DNA of 64,000 nt, from assembly GCF_006345805.1 (NCBI RefSeq), contig NC_043008.1:36332001-36396000 (forward strand), read 5' to 3'. The notes under the pieces were generated by a model. It was not told the DNA's origin, searched no databases, and saw only the letters and a list, made by a program, of their open reading frames with translations. Origin of the DNA: Octopus sinensis. Lineage: Eukaryota. Each line of letters begins with the position of its first letter. The stretch's first letter is position 1. Below, piece after piece: positions 24,335 to 38,039 of the stretch. The position numbers and the translations under genes were made by a program.

Positions 24335-24740
24335 CTTATTTCTCTATTGCCCGAAAGGGGTTAAACATAGAGGGGACAAACAAGGACAGACAAAGGGATT
24401 AAGTCGATCACATCAACCCCAGTACGTAACTTGTACTTAAATTATCGATCCTGAAAGGATGAAAGGCAAAGTCGACTTCGGCGGAATTTGAACTCAGAAC
24501 GTAGCGGCAGGCGAAATATCTATTTCTTTACTACCCACATGGGGCTAAACACAGAGGGGACAAATAAGGACAGACAAACGGATCAAGTCGATTATATCGA
24601 CCCCAGTGCGTAACTGGTACTTATTTATTCAACCCCGAAAGGATGAAAGGCAAAGTCGACCTCGGGGGAATTTGAACTCAGAACATAACGGCAGACGAAT
24701 TACCGCAAAGCATTTCGCCTGGCGTGCTAACGTTTCCCAA
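24335..24740 (-). mobile_element. two abutting SINE family B copies (long, Tx1-like tail)
   Basis: Each has GAGTTCAAATTCC B box, CTTTGCCTTTCATCCTTTC..GATCGATAA/GGTCGA core, and a TTTGTCCCCTCT.TGTTTA.CCCC tail. Confidence 0.85.
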
Positions 24741-24938
24741 CGGTAGGACTCAGACGACTGGTGAAGGGATACGCCAGTTTGAGCATACCACACTCACGTT
24801 TATATTATCGATCTGTGGCATCACCATCATCATCATCACCATTGCTTCTCTTTCATCCATATATCTTGTCATTGATCCTTCAGCAAGGAGAGCTGTTAAC
24901 GCCACAGCTGCCATCGCCACTTAACCCTATGCCAACGC

Positions 24939-24984
<46 letters not shown>

Positions 24985-25410
24985 GCCACCACCACCACCA
25001 CCACCACCAGAAACAAGGAAGACAGATTAACGGGGGGGGGGGGAGGAAATGTACTTATAATGCTAACGAGTAAGTCCCACTCATCTTGTATCCCCTAAAC
25101 ATCATATCCCCTAAACCTCATGTCCCTTAAACATCATATCTCACATGAAAAAAGACAATCAACTTCAATAGGGTTTGAAACCAGAACATTGACGGCATGA
25201 ACTAATCCGGTGCTCTGCCGCCTCATCTCACGATAATTATTTGTATTTAGAAGGAAGAATATAGAACATGAAATGAGTGGTTGGGGAGAGTAGGTGAGAT
25301 TTCCGGGGTTTTCCCATCTTTAATTTAGAACTAATTAATAAAACACACACATATACACACATGCACACACATGCATACGCACACATACACGCACATACAT
25401 ACGCACACGG

Positions 25411-25455
<45 letters not shown>

Positions 25456-25516
25456 GTATATATATGTATATATATATATATACACGTATATATATATATA
25501 TGTATATATATATATG

Positions 25517-25570
<54 letters not shown>

Positions 25571-25623
25571 CATATATATATATACATGTATATATGTATA
25601 TATGTATATATATATATATGCAT

Positions 25624-25717
<94 letters not shown>

Positions 25718-26012
25718 TATATGCACGCACACACAGGATTGGCAGAATCACTAACGCATCGTATTGTATTATTCTGCGTTTTCACACACACACACACACG
25801 TACGCACGCACAAACACACACACAACATACACACACACAAACACACACACACACCCACACGCACGCACCACGCACTCACACACACACACACTGTCTGTTC
25901 CAACCGAGTTCTATGAATTGGAAGAAGAAATATGTGGGCAGAATCAATGAGAAAATGAACGAGAAGAAATTAACAGACATTTCGTTGTGGTTGTTGTTTT
26001 TGTTGCTGTCGG

Positions 26013-26045
<33 letters not shown>

Positions 26046-26303
26046 CGACGATGATGATGATGGTAACAATGATGATGATGATGACAATGATGATGATGAT
26101 GATGATGACAATAATAATGGTAGTGGTGGTATCTGTGGTAATGATGATGGTGGTGGTGGTGGTGGTGGTGGTGGTAGTAGTAGTAGTGGTAATAGTGATC
26201 TGGTGGTGATGATGCTGATGATGTCGACAACAATACTGACGGTCATTATGATAATGATGACGACGATGAAAACGTCGGCGATAATGACGATGATGAGGAT
26301 GAA

Positions 26304-26348
<45 letters not shown>

Positions 26349-27370
26349 GCGGAAGAGGAGGAAGAGAAGGAGAAGAACGACAATGTTGGTTGTAATGCGA
26401 ATAATCGATCTGTTCAATCAATCAGTTAGCCAATGACTTCATTGCCAAAGATTAATATTGCTGATGATAATTAAAATGATAATTAATCAAGATGATTTTA
26501 TTTATCTTTTTATTTATTATCGTATTTTTCTGAGTTATATTTTTTCTTACGAGAAACTCTGAGTAGTGTTTCAAGAGAACTAATATAGTATTTTAATTTT
26601 CCATCTATATTATATAAAAAAGAAGAAAAAAAATTGTTCTTTTAATCAACTTTTTTTCTTCTGAACAAATATTTTTAAAGAGGTTATAAGAATTATGTCA
26701 ATAATAAAAAAAAAAATTGTGTTTCTACAAAAAAATTAATTTATAATATTCTATTTTATTTTTGAGACCGGAATGAGATTACAAAAAATAGCATACAAAG
26801 GAAGAATCATTTTTTTCAGAACTAAAAATAGAATTATGTTTTATTATAATTATGCTTTATTATCCAGAAACGAGAAACGAAGGTCGACGTTATTAAAGCC
26901 AGTGAGTACTGGCGATGTTATAAGCGTGTAATCCGCTCACCATATTCCTTCCCCTTTTGTTGCGGGAGTGTGGTCTAAGTAGTCAATGTATCAGGTTTTC
27001 AATACAGTGACCAACGCATGTTGGATTTCTATATACAGACAAGCCTTAATGGAATGCGATTATCAAATTACGCAAAACGTGACGGGCAAGTTATTAGCAA
27101 TAAACTGTAAGAGATTTTAAAGTACAAAATAGAAAAGAATAATCTAATTTTAGTAAGGTATTAGTAATAAAAAATACTAGAGTGGAGGGGCACCAATTGA
27201 CATGAAGGGCCTCAGCTCATGAGAAAAGGCATCACAGTCATCAACAAGTTAGTAGCAAAGATGGCCAATAGCGATTTAATCCATTGACGGCAATTGGAAC
27301 AGTTGTGTGCAGTTTGTGTTCAACACTTAACCGAACTTATTACAGACTGGAGTGACTCGAGACGGTGACT

Positions 27371-27581
27371 TTAACCCTGAAGTATTTACATCACTCTGTT
27401 AAATATAAGGCTTGTTTATTCTCATTGTTTCCAACTAACCATGTATCATCTCATAGCTTTGATAATGTGATACTCTATTTTTAGAATGACATTGAAGGGT
27501 AACTGTGAGAGGCTAGATTTGGCCGGTTTGAATACAAAAACAGCCAGAATATTTGGGCTATTTTAAATGCTAAAAGTCTAA
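27371..27581. mobile_element. possible degenerate piggyBac-type MITE
   Basis: Left end TTAA-CCCTGAAGTATTTA and right end TAAATGCTAAAAGTCTAA form imperfect inverted termini. Confidence 0.35.
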
Positions 27582-29336
27582 ATCGTACTTAAAATGTCTG
27601 CTACAACTCTCAGCTCGAGAGATGAAATCGTCTCACGATTATCATTTGTAACCAACTTGGTAACAGTTAAGGACATTTGTCCTCGAAATATAATGAAGTA
27701 GCTTCATCAGTTATACTTTGCTTTTTCATTAGTAGGCAGTGGCAAACTATGAACGCAGACATTGCAAACTATTGTTAGACCTATTGTAGCGGATCTTGCT
27801 ATGTTTGTGTCTCTTTCTTTTTCTTGGTGTTTCATACATTTCAACCAGGCAAGTTTATTCTTTTCTTTTTAAGTAATCGCCCACTGCCATCCTTCATTGT
27901 CCGTCACTGTCATCTTCCCTATTATTGCAATCACACCATCCACTTCATTGAAATGTCTTTTTATGACATTCTTATACGCTTCTATATTTTAGCTCGCTGT
28001 AGATCATAGCATTGGCGATTCTAGTGTCCTCCAATTGAAGTATATGTTTCACTCAGCCTACTGTGATTCCTGCAGACCAGTCTCAATACGAAGCATATAT
28101 AGATGCTACAGGATCTTTTAGTTTAATTGGTAATGGTGCTGAAAACTATTAATGGCAGGAATTCACTGGACAAGCTGTGTGGAGAAAATCTCCAGAACTG
28201 GATAGTCTACACAAGAAGATTTATTTGAACATATCACACTTACTTCTCTTTTGCTAGATTCTGCAGTAATTTGCAGTAAATTGCTTTTGTTTTTATTTTA
28301 CTGCATACTCATGGACAAAATGTGGCACGCGTGATACGTTTTTTTCAGCATCTCTGAGACTGGTGACAGGAAAAGACAAGTTCTCTTGAACCTCGAGGTA
28401 AGGCTTTAATTCTCGTAACAGAGTGAATTCCGTTAGAGGCGTCTAAGGTGGATGCTAATCTGAGAGACACATAAAATTAACAACCCAGTTATTCAGCCCT
28501 AGAACCAACGCAAATACCACAAAATATTTCGATCCTTACTTCAACAATTCCACCAACCCACCGACATGGACTGGTATTTTATTTTATCGAGCCTGAAAAG
28601 TTGAAATATCACAATCACTAGTTTTCTTGGGCAATGAAGAGCAAGAAGCTTTCATCTGCCTGCTTGGTATTTGTGGGTAGTAAAGAAATAGGTATTTATT
28701 GAAATCTCATTTGAAGTAAAATAGAAGGAAGGAGAGAGAGGAGAGAAAGATATCCTGCTCTTTATATATTTATCTCTCATTCCCGTCCATTTCTAGGAAT
28801 AACACCACCACAACCAACTACAACCTGTGCACATTGCAACAACCATCAATACTACGGTTATCGTTTCAATCTGGCGTAGCTTGTTACTACAACTGCAGCT
28901 ATTGCAATTATCATAGAATGATCACCACAATTAACATTACCATTACCAGATACAACCATCACAATAGTCAGCACCACCACACCAACCACCAGATACCTAA
29001 CCAAACACGCTGCTGCTGTCACCCACATTAATAAACGCTTGCTTAATTTACTAAATAACTTGTTTAGATTTGACTAATTACAAACTAAAAGGCAAAACCT
29101 TGTTAACAATATAATAATTGTTTAATAACATGGCTGTTAGGGATGTCTGTGCGTGTGTGTGTTTGTGCGTGTGTGCGTGTATGTGTGCGTGTGTGTTTGT
29201 GTGTGTTTGTTTGTGTGTGTGTGTATGTGTGTGTGTGAGTGTGTGTGTTTGTGTGTGTGTGTGTGTGAACGATTGCATGTTTTATAATGGATATGTGTGC
29301 ATGAATTACTTTGGAAGTGTATAATACATACATACA

Positions 29337-29368
<32 letters not shown>

Positions 29369-29451
29369 CACATATATGTACATAGATGTGTGTATATATG
29401 TGTATGTGTGTGTACGTGTGTGTGTATGTACATATGCATGCTTGTAAGTAT

Positions 29452-29500
<49 letters not shown>

Positions 29501-30014
29501 GTGTGTGTGTGTGGTGTGTGTATGTATATGTATGCAACTATGTATATATGTAATTGTGTACGCACGCATGTATATATTGTATACAATGTGTACGTCCAGA
29601 ATATACATGCACACGATTGTTCATATACATACACATATATGTACACACACACATACACAGATACACACATACACACACATACACACATATACATACGCAC
29701 ACACACACACACACACACACACAGTTGTTTTCGTTTATAATTGTGTCTGTGGAGAGTCTGCAGGCAGACGTGGTGATAATTGCTGTAGCAGCGGTGGGAG
29801 GGGCGGCGCCGATGGTGTTGCTGCTGCTGCTGCTGCTGACGATGGCGATGATGATGATAATGGTGATGCTGGTGCTGGTGGTAGGTAAGATGGCGGCGGG
29901 AAGACGTAAAGAAGAACAAGAACATGATAAGATAAGATACCCAAAATAACAAACAACACCACTGCCACCAGTTACAACAGCAGACTACAACAACTGTCAC
30001 AAGAGTAACATCAA

Positions 30015-30383
30015 ATGTGTGTGTGTGTGTGTGTGTGTATGTGTGTGTGTGTTTGTGTGTGTGTGTGTGCGTGTGTGTTTGTGTGTGTGTTTGTGTGTGT
30101 GTTTGCGTGTGTGTGTATGTGTGTGTGTGTTTGTGTGTGTGTGTGTTTGTGTGTGTGTATGTGTGTGTGTGTTTGCGTGTGTGTGTTTGTGTGTGTATGT
30201 GTGTGTGTTTGCGTGTGTGTGTTTGTGTGTGTGTGTGTGTGTATGTGTTTGTGTGTGTGTGTATGTGTGTTGCGTGTGTGTGTGTGTGTGTGTATGTGTT
30301 TGTGTTTGTGTATGTGTGTGTATGTGTGTATGTGTGTTTGTGTGTGTGTGTTTGTATGTGTGTGTGCGTGTGTGTTTGCGTGT

Positions 30384-30415
<32 letters not shown>

Positions 30416-30480
30416 TTGTGTTTGTGTGTGTGTGTATGTGTGTGTGTTTGTGTTTGTGTGTGTGTGTATGTGTATAGTGT
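30015..30480. repeat. long interrupted (GT)n microsatellite
   Basis: Directly visible. Confidence 0.97.
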
Positions 30481-30749
30481 TTTCTTAAGAAGCCGTTTAA
30501 GCGAGCAACAGGTTTGTTCGGTGGTGGTGGTCGTGGTGGTGGTTATTTCTTCGAGTAATTAAAATTATTCCCACCTTTTTCTCTCGTTTCGCTAATTTCA
30601 TTCAAGTCAACTGCGATTTTATCAATTAGTTTCAATCAAGTATTTAAACATTCAGTTAATTAATTGTTCGTTCACTTTAGACAAAAGATTGATGACGATC
30701 GAGCTGGTAGGAATGTCGAACAAGGAATCAACGAGTCGAGGTTTCATAT

Positions 30750-31060
30750 CACCACTGCCACCACCACCACCACCACCACCACCACCACCACCACCACCAC
30801 CACCGCCGCCGCGCCCGCCGCCGCCGCCACCACCACCACCGCCACCACCACCACCACCGCCACCACCACCGCCGCCACCCCACCACCCCACCGCCATCAC
30901 CACCACACCACCACCACCACCACCACACCACCAACCACCACCACCACCACCACCCACCACCACCGCCGCCACCACCACACCACCAACCACCACCACCACC
31001 ACCGCCACGCCACCACCACCACCACACCACCACCACCACCACCGCCGCCGCCGCCGCCGA
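30750..31060. repeat. (CCA)n/(CCG)n trinucleotide tract
   Basis: Directly visible; gives poly-P/T/G/W ORFs. Confidence 0.95.
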
Positions 31061-31434
31061 CCAATCTCCTTGCGCTGTCTCCGTAGCCATTTCGAAATTG
31101 GTTTGGAGACGGCAGAAATGCGGATAGAATGTCTTGGAGTAAATTCTCGCTAATGGAGTAAACTCTGTGTGGTTGTTCGATCTACGAGAAATAGCTGTTA
31201 AATCCCCCCATCAAATCCATACCCTAATCGCCTTAGAAAACGATGTGATGGATAATGAGATTCTGTGGCTTTGTATGTTTGAAAAAGGCGGGATGGTCAT
31301 TGCTAGAATGATTTTGATTAGTGTTGAACTAAAGATAAACACCACCACTACCGCCACCACCACCACCACCACCTAGACCTTCAGCCGTCCCTCTCCTCAC
31401 CTAAATATTTTCATTACTATATTACACCTGCTGA

Positions 31435-31830
31435 AGGTGGCGAGCTGGCAGAATCGTTAGCAAGCCGGACGAAATGGTGCTAAGCATTTCATCCATTTTT
31501 ACGTTCTGAGTTCAAATTCTGTGGAAGTCGACTTTGCCTTACATCAATTATTCTCTCCCCTTAAAAATTTCAGGACTTGTTTCTATTGATGAGGGGATTA
31601 TTATATTAATCCGGGAAATAAGCTTAAAGGAATAGGAGAATCGTTAAATCTTCGGAAAAAATTCCTTGCAAGTACCTGCGGTTTGAGTTCAAATCTCACC
31701 GAGGTCAGATTTACAATGTGTCAAGTTTGAAAACCGATATTTGTTCCGCGCTTTTACGTTATGAGATCAATTCCCACCAAGGTCACCATTGTCATTCATC
31801 TTTTCATGAGTCGATCAAATAAAATACAAG
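31435..31830 (+). mobile_element. cluster of diverged SINE family B copies
   Basis: GGTGGCGAGCTGGCAGAATCGTTAGCA head plus two further GAGTTCAAAT/GATCAATT-type remnants. Confidence 0.6.
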
Positions 31831-31863
31831 GGGAGAGGCGTAGTTGAAGGTATATCAAACTAA

Positions 31864-32126
31864 GTGGAGGCGCGTGGCTTAGTGGTTAATGTGTCAGCAT
31901 CATGATCGTAAGATTGTGGTTTCGATTCCTGGACTGGGCGACGCGTTGTGTTCTGGAGCAAAACACTTCATTTCACGTTGCTCCAGTCAACTCAGCTGGC
32001 AAAAATGAGTAATGCTGCGATGGACTGGCGTCCCGTCCAGCTGGGGAACACATACGCCATTGAAACCTGGAAACCGGGCCCATGAGCCTGGCTAAGCTTG
32101 AAAAGGGCACATTTATTAATTATTTT
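31864..32126 (+). mobile_element. SINE family C with intact 13-bp TSD
   Basis: GTGGAGGCGCGTGGCTTAGTGG head, GATGGACTGGCGTCCCGTCCAG (V-domain-like) body, TSD TATATCAAACTAA at 31851-31863 and 32127-32139. Confidence 0.92.
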
Positions 32127-32340
32127 TATATCAAACTAAACTTCTGCATAAACTTATAATCCCGAACCTGTATCAGCGACAATTATACATATTTAGCTAC
32201 CTCTGAAAAAGTTTCAGTCGAGCAGACTTTATAAAGATAAAAAAAAGTGAAACTGTTCTGGTATTTATAACAAGTCGTATTGTTGTATTATGTTGATATC
32301 GTTAAGCGGATAAGATATAATCTCCGCTTACACACACACA

Positions 32341-32432
<92 letters not shown>

Positions 32433-32781
32433 GTACACAAAAAGGTGACTATTTAACCGGATAGGACGCTGGCCAATTGCAGGTGTCCGTCTTTATTTGT
32501 TACTGAAAATACCTGGCTTGAAGTGTTAATCGACACGATCAGATAAAACTAAAAGGAATAGCGATTGTCTCGCCACAAAAATACCTGAAGCAACAGACGG
32601 GAATTGGTCAAACACGCAAGCGAAACCGGATGTATTTATTACATCCTGCTCAAGCTGTGTACCAGTAACAACCTATACATGCATACATACATACATACAT
32701 ACATACATATGCAAATGCATACATATTTATCTATGTATGCATATCTCTATATGTTTCTATCTCTGTCTCTCTCAGTGTGTG

Positions 32782-32816
<35 letters not shown>

Positions 32817-33020
32817 AGAGAGAGAGAGAGAGAGAGAGAGAGCTGTGTGTATATATGCATGTTTGCATGTATGTATGTATGCGTTTCCGTGCGCGCATGC
32901 GTGTGCATGTGTGTGTGTGTGTGTGTGCGCGCATGTGTGTATAGTCTAAGACGGAAGAAAATTTTAACATCGCCTGTGGAGTTCGAAAGCTGCGTCTCCA
33001 TTAAACTCTACAGCGGTCCT

Positions 33021-33076
<56 letters not shown>

Positions 33077-33316
33077 TTTTATGTATTTCTATATTTCTGA
33101 ATAAAACTTTTGAAATGTAATTTTACATTATTCCTATTAAAAATCTCATATATATGATTCGCGCCAGACTATTAAGAATAAACGATGCGTGAAATCAGAT
33201 TACATTTTCAGTTTCACTTCGTTCTGAGAGTTCATGTTATCATAAATTATGCAATTATGTAATTAACCTTACAAACACATTTTACGCGTCATTTTAACAA
33301 GCGTTTACTTTGTTAA

Positions 33317-33574
33317 GTGGAGGCGCGTGGCTTAGTGGTTAGGGTGTCAGCATCATGATCGTAAGATTGTGGTTTCGATTCCTGGACCGGGCGACGCGTT
33401 GTGTTCTTGAGCAAAACACTTCATTTCACGTTGCTCCTGCCCATCCAGCGGGCAAAAATGAATAACGCTGCGATGGACTGGCGTCCCGTCCAGCTGGGGA
33501 ACACATACGCCATTGAAACCGGGAAACCGGTCCCATGAGCCTGGCTAGGCTTTAAAAGGGCGCATTTATTTATT
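33317..33574 (+). mobile_element. SINE family C with intact 13-bp TSD
   Basis: TSD TTTACTTTGTTAA at 33304-33316 and 33575-33587. Confidence 0.92.
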
Positions 33575-33678
33575 TTTACTTTGTTAAAGGAAGATGTAGG
33601 AAATAAAATAAACCAATTCAAAAGAATCTTCTTTTTTTTTGTGAAACCGTGAGGTTTGTTTACAGTTATATTTCAACA

Positions 33679-33935
33679 CCGTGGAGGCGCGTGGCTTAGT
33701 GGTTAGGGTGTCAGCATCATGATCATAAGATTGTAGTTTCGATTCCTGGACCGGGCGATGCGTTGTGTTCTTGAGCAAAACACTTCATTTCACGTTGTTC
33801 CAGTCAACTCAGCTGGCAAAAATAAATAATCCTGCGACGGACCGGCTTCCCGTCCGGGTGAGGAACTTCTACGCCACTGAAACCGGGAAACTGGCCCTTA
33901 TGAGCCTGGCATGGCGCGAGAAGGAATATTTATTT
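33679..33935 (+). mobile_element. SINE family C variant with intact 13-bp TSD
   Basis: TSD TTATATTTCAACA at 33666-33678 and 33936-33948. The 3' end differs from the other two copies. Confidence 0.9.
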
Positions 33936-34534
33936 TTATATTTCAACAATACAAGATTTGTTTTTGGCTTATCAAATTGTTAATACCTTTTGCTTTCTTT
34001 GATACCTTAGAAATTACAATATCTAATCTTTTGCTTGTTTCAGTCATTGGACTGCAGCCATGCTAGGCCACCGCTTTTAGGCATTAGTCGATGAATTAAT
34101 GTGGAACATACAACACTTGTACCCTGACAATAAACCGTCATTTGTACCTAACATCATTGATGCATTAGTCTATATGCCAACAAATTTACACAAAAACATA
34201 GAAATATTAGGTTGTCTTGAAGAAAAAGCAAACGAAACTGACGCAGATTCCCCAAATCCAGTCTATTAGTGATGTGATACAGAGAAGGTTTGTAAGCCAT
34301 TCCAAAGACTCTCTGACTGAGATTCTTTAGGAGGCACTTTAGGAAGCACATCGACAGCTCAAGCGACACACCCACTCAACTACATATTTACAAACACCCG
34401 GAACTCTCTTAAGTCGAAAAGTTTTGTCACCTTCTCAGCGACCGTCTTGAACTCTCTCATATATGTACACACACACACACATACAAATACACACATACAC
34501 ATACATACACAGACAAACACACATACGCACAAAT

Positions 34535-34820
34535 GTGTGCCATCCCTGCAGGTCAATTCACGACAATCTCCACCTTCTCCGCTAGACCTTAGAGAGGGTA
34601 AATAGAATTCCTGGCAAGGGTGGGGCTATGGTCCATTTAGACCAAAGAAAAGCGTTCGATAGATTTGACCATCAGTATCTGGCGGCTGTCCTTGCAGCGG
34701 TCCTTGCGGCGGCCGGTTTCGGCCCGACTTTTCATGAGTAGATCACCGCTTTATATAGCAACATCGAATCGATAGTTCGGGTGAACGTGTTCTTTTCGGA
34801 ACCGTTCTGCATTGAGCGAC
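34535..34820 (+). mobile_element. Tx1/L1-clade reverse transcriptase fragment
   Basis: IHDNLHLLR*TLE...GAMVHLDQRKAFDRFDHQYL..VL...GFG..F..*ITALYSNIES.VRVN. Confidence 0.85.
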
Positions 34821-35360
34821 ATTTAGAAATGTTTTTAAGTGAATGGGATTTCAAAAACGTAAGTTTTTTGTACAATAAGTGTTTATGTTTTAGCTTTCTT
34901 TAAACAAACAATTTTTTATGTTTTTTAAAATTACTTTCAAGTGAATACCATTTCAAAACATGTGTTGGCATAAATATTTCTTAAAAAACTCGTTTGTAAC
35001 CTCGGTGTAAAATAATTTTTTTCCTTAGTTTTTTTTCGGGTGCATTCAACGTATCTCACTTCCAAAGATTTGGCTATTATTTCTAGCACGCCCTGCTACC
35101 ACGTAACTGCTATTTGCGATAAATGACTCGAAATACCTGTTACGTGGTAGCAGGGTGTTCAAGAAATAGCAGCCGAATCTTTCCTTTTCTGGGGAAAGGA
35201 GCCGCGTACGCGTAATTTCGATGTCATATTTGTTGAAAGCATACGAAATAACGTGGAAAGGAGAGAAAAAGAACACGAAACAAAACTCCGTGGCGGGGAA
35301 ACTCAGACTTTCCCGGTGACCCAACGCGTTACGGGTAGTCTAGTCTAGTATATATATATA

Positions 35361-35419
<59 letters not shown>

Positions 35420-35443
35420 GTGTGTGTGTGTGTGGTGTGTGTA

Positions 35444-35474
<31 letters not shown>

Positions 35475-35537
35475 TATATATATATATATGTGGTGTGTGT
35501 GTGTGTGTGTGTGTATGTGTGTGTGTGTGTGTGTATA

Positions 35538-35580
<43 letters not shown>

Positions 35581-35837
35581 AAATTAATGTTATCAAATGA
35601 TAAAGTGAAACTAGTTCAGAAAATTGCATCATTTTATTTGAGAACATTTTAGGGCATGAGCAAACACAAACATTAAGAATATTTACTCTTTTAAAGTTAA
35701 ACGTGTATTTCTGTTTGCTAATGGGGGGTGGGTGAGTGTGTGCATGTGTGTAACGTTATCTACATACGCATATACATATACAAACGCGCATGAATATATA
35801 TATATATAACTATATATATATATATATATCTTTATAT

Positions 35838-35868
<31 letters not shown>

Positions 35869-35882
35869 CTTTATATATATAT

Positions 35883-35972
<90 letters not shown>

Positions 35973-35973
35973 T

Positions 35974-36246
35974 GGAGGCGCAATAGCCTAGTGGTTAGGG
36001 CAGCGGACTCGCGGTCGCAGGATCGCGGTTTCGATTCCCAGAACGGGCGTTGTGTGTGTTTATTGAGCGAAAACACCTAAAAGCTCCACGACGCTCCGGC
36101 AGGGGGTGGTGGTCCCTGCTGTACTCTTTCACCACTCTTTCTCCCACTCTTTCTTCGGGGTGGCGTCATTCGAAGGCTAAAACAATGCGAACGCATTGTG
36201 ACCAGCGATGTGTAACAACATCTGATGGTCTAGTCGGTCACGTGAG
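35974..36246 (+). mobile_element. tRNA(Arg)-like SINE family D inserted in (TA)n
   Basis: GGAGGCGCAATAGCCTAGTGGTTAGGGCAGCGGACTCGCGG...GTTTCGATTCCC head followed by about 200 bp of non-tRNA body. Confidence 0.8.
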
Positions 36247-36405
36247 ATATATATGTATATGTATATATATAGATATATATATGTATATATAGATATATAT
36301 ATATGTATATATACACACATACGAATACATATATGCATCTCTCTATATGTGTGCGTATACATACATACTTACAAATATATACATAATAGATACATATATA
36401 TACAT

Positions 36406-36456
<51 letters not shown>

Positions 36457-36457
36457 T

Positions 36458-36905
36458 AATAAAAATATTTACACTTTTAAGAGGTATGAGTGCATATATA
36501 ATTGCATGTAAACGTGTGTGTGTGTGTGTGTGTACATATAAATAAATATATTTATGAGCTCACCTATTCTTTGACAATTTTAAAAATAAATGATGCAATT
36601 TTGGGACAGTGTTTCATATATCTTTAATGATAATAAAATTTATATGTGTGTTTCCATACAGGTTTATGTAAATGTGCAGATGCATATATATATAGAGATA
36701 TATACATTGTGTTCAGTTATAATAAGTTATAATAGTACAAGTTTACTATTTCATAAGCAAGAATGTTGTTGATAGTGACTTCAAAATTTCGGCCAGCTAA
36801 GCCATCGTATATGTATGTGTGTATGTATGTATGTATGTATGCTTGTATGTATGTATACATATGTGTGTATGTATATATATATTTGTATGTATATGTATAT
36901 ATATG

Positions 36906-36977
<72 letters not shown>

Positions 36978-37215
36978 CATATATATACATATATATATAT
37001 ATACATACACATATACATATATATATATATACATATATATACATATACATACAAATATATATATACATACACATATACATATATATATATATATATACAT
37101 ATATATACATATACATACAAATATATATATACATACACATATACATATATATATATATATACATATATATACATATACATACAAATATATATATACATAC
37201 ACACATATGCATACA

Positions 37216-37249
<34 letters not shown>

Positions 37250-37295
37250 CATACATACATACATACATACATACATACATACATACATACATAGA

Positions 37296-37327
<32 letters not shown>

Positions 37328-37599
37328 CGATGGCTTAGCTGGCCAAAAATTCGAAGTCACTATCAACAACATTCTTGCTTATGAAATAGTAAACTTGTAC
37401 TATTATAACTTATTATAACTGAACACAATGTATATATCTCTATATATATATGCATCTGCACATTTACATAAACCTGTATGGAAACACACATATAAATTTT
37501 ATTATCATTAAAGATATATGAAACACTGTCCCAAAATTGCATCATTTATTTTTAAAATTGTCAAAGAATAGGTGAGCTCATAAATATATTTATTTATAT

Positions 37600-37655
<56 letters not shown>

Positions 37656-37709
37656 TTACATGCAATTATATATGCACTCATACCTCTTAAAAGTGTAAAT
37701 ATTTTTATT
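36458..37709. repeat. ~1.25-kb near-perfect palindrome with microsatellite centre
   Basis: Arms 36458-~36815 and ~37322-37709 are reverse complements. An identical 60-aa ORF appears at 36590+ and 37363-. Confidence 0.92.
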
Positions 37710-38039
37710 TCTTCCGTTAATCTTTGACAAGTTTTCAAAGAAAGCGCATGTTTTGTATGTGTATATATACCGATTTATACAAACATATATAATGCATATT
37801 CAGTTCTAAAAGGTTTAAATATTTGATTTCGTCTATCAACTCCAGATAGTTTTCGCAAATAAAACAGATGATGTAATTTGCTGTTGTGGTTACGAATATG
37901 TATATCTCATACAATTATGTATATATACGCATACTTACATATCTGTAAGTTTATATATATAAGCATACACATACATACATACATACATACATACATACAT
38001 ACATACATACATACATACATACATACATGTATACATACA

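Noticed and set aside
25876-26436. Asp/Gly/Ser-rich or His-rich ORFs resembling biomineral or structural proteins
   Set aside because: Compound (GAT)/(GGT)/(AGT) microsatellite with no splice or signal context. The same applies to 24100-24300 and 30650-31150.
35974-36046. tRNA-Arg-like gene
   Set aside because: It has A and B boxes but an imperfect cloverleaf and continues into a SINE body. The same applies to the heads of families A, B and C.
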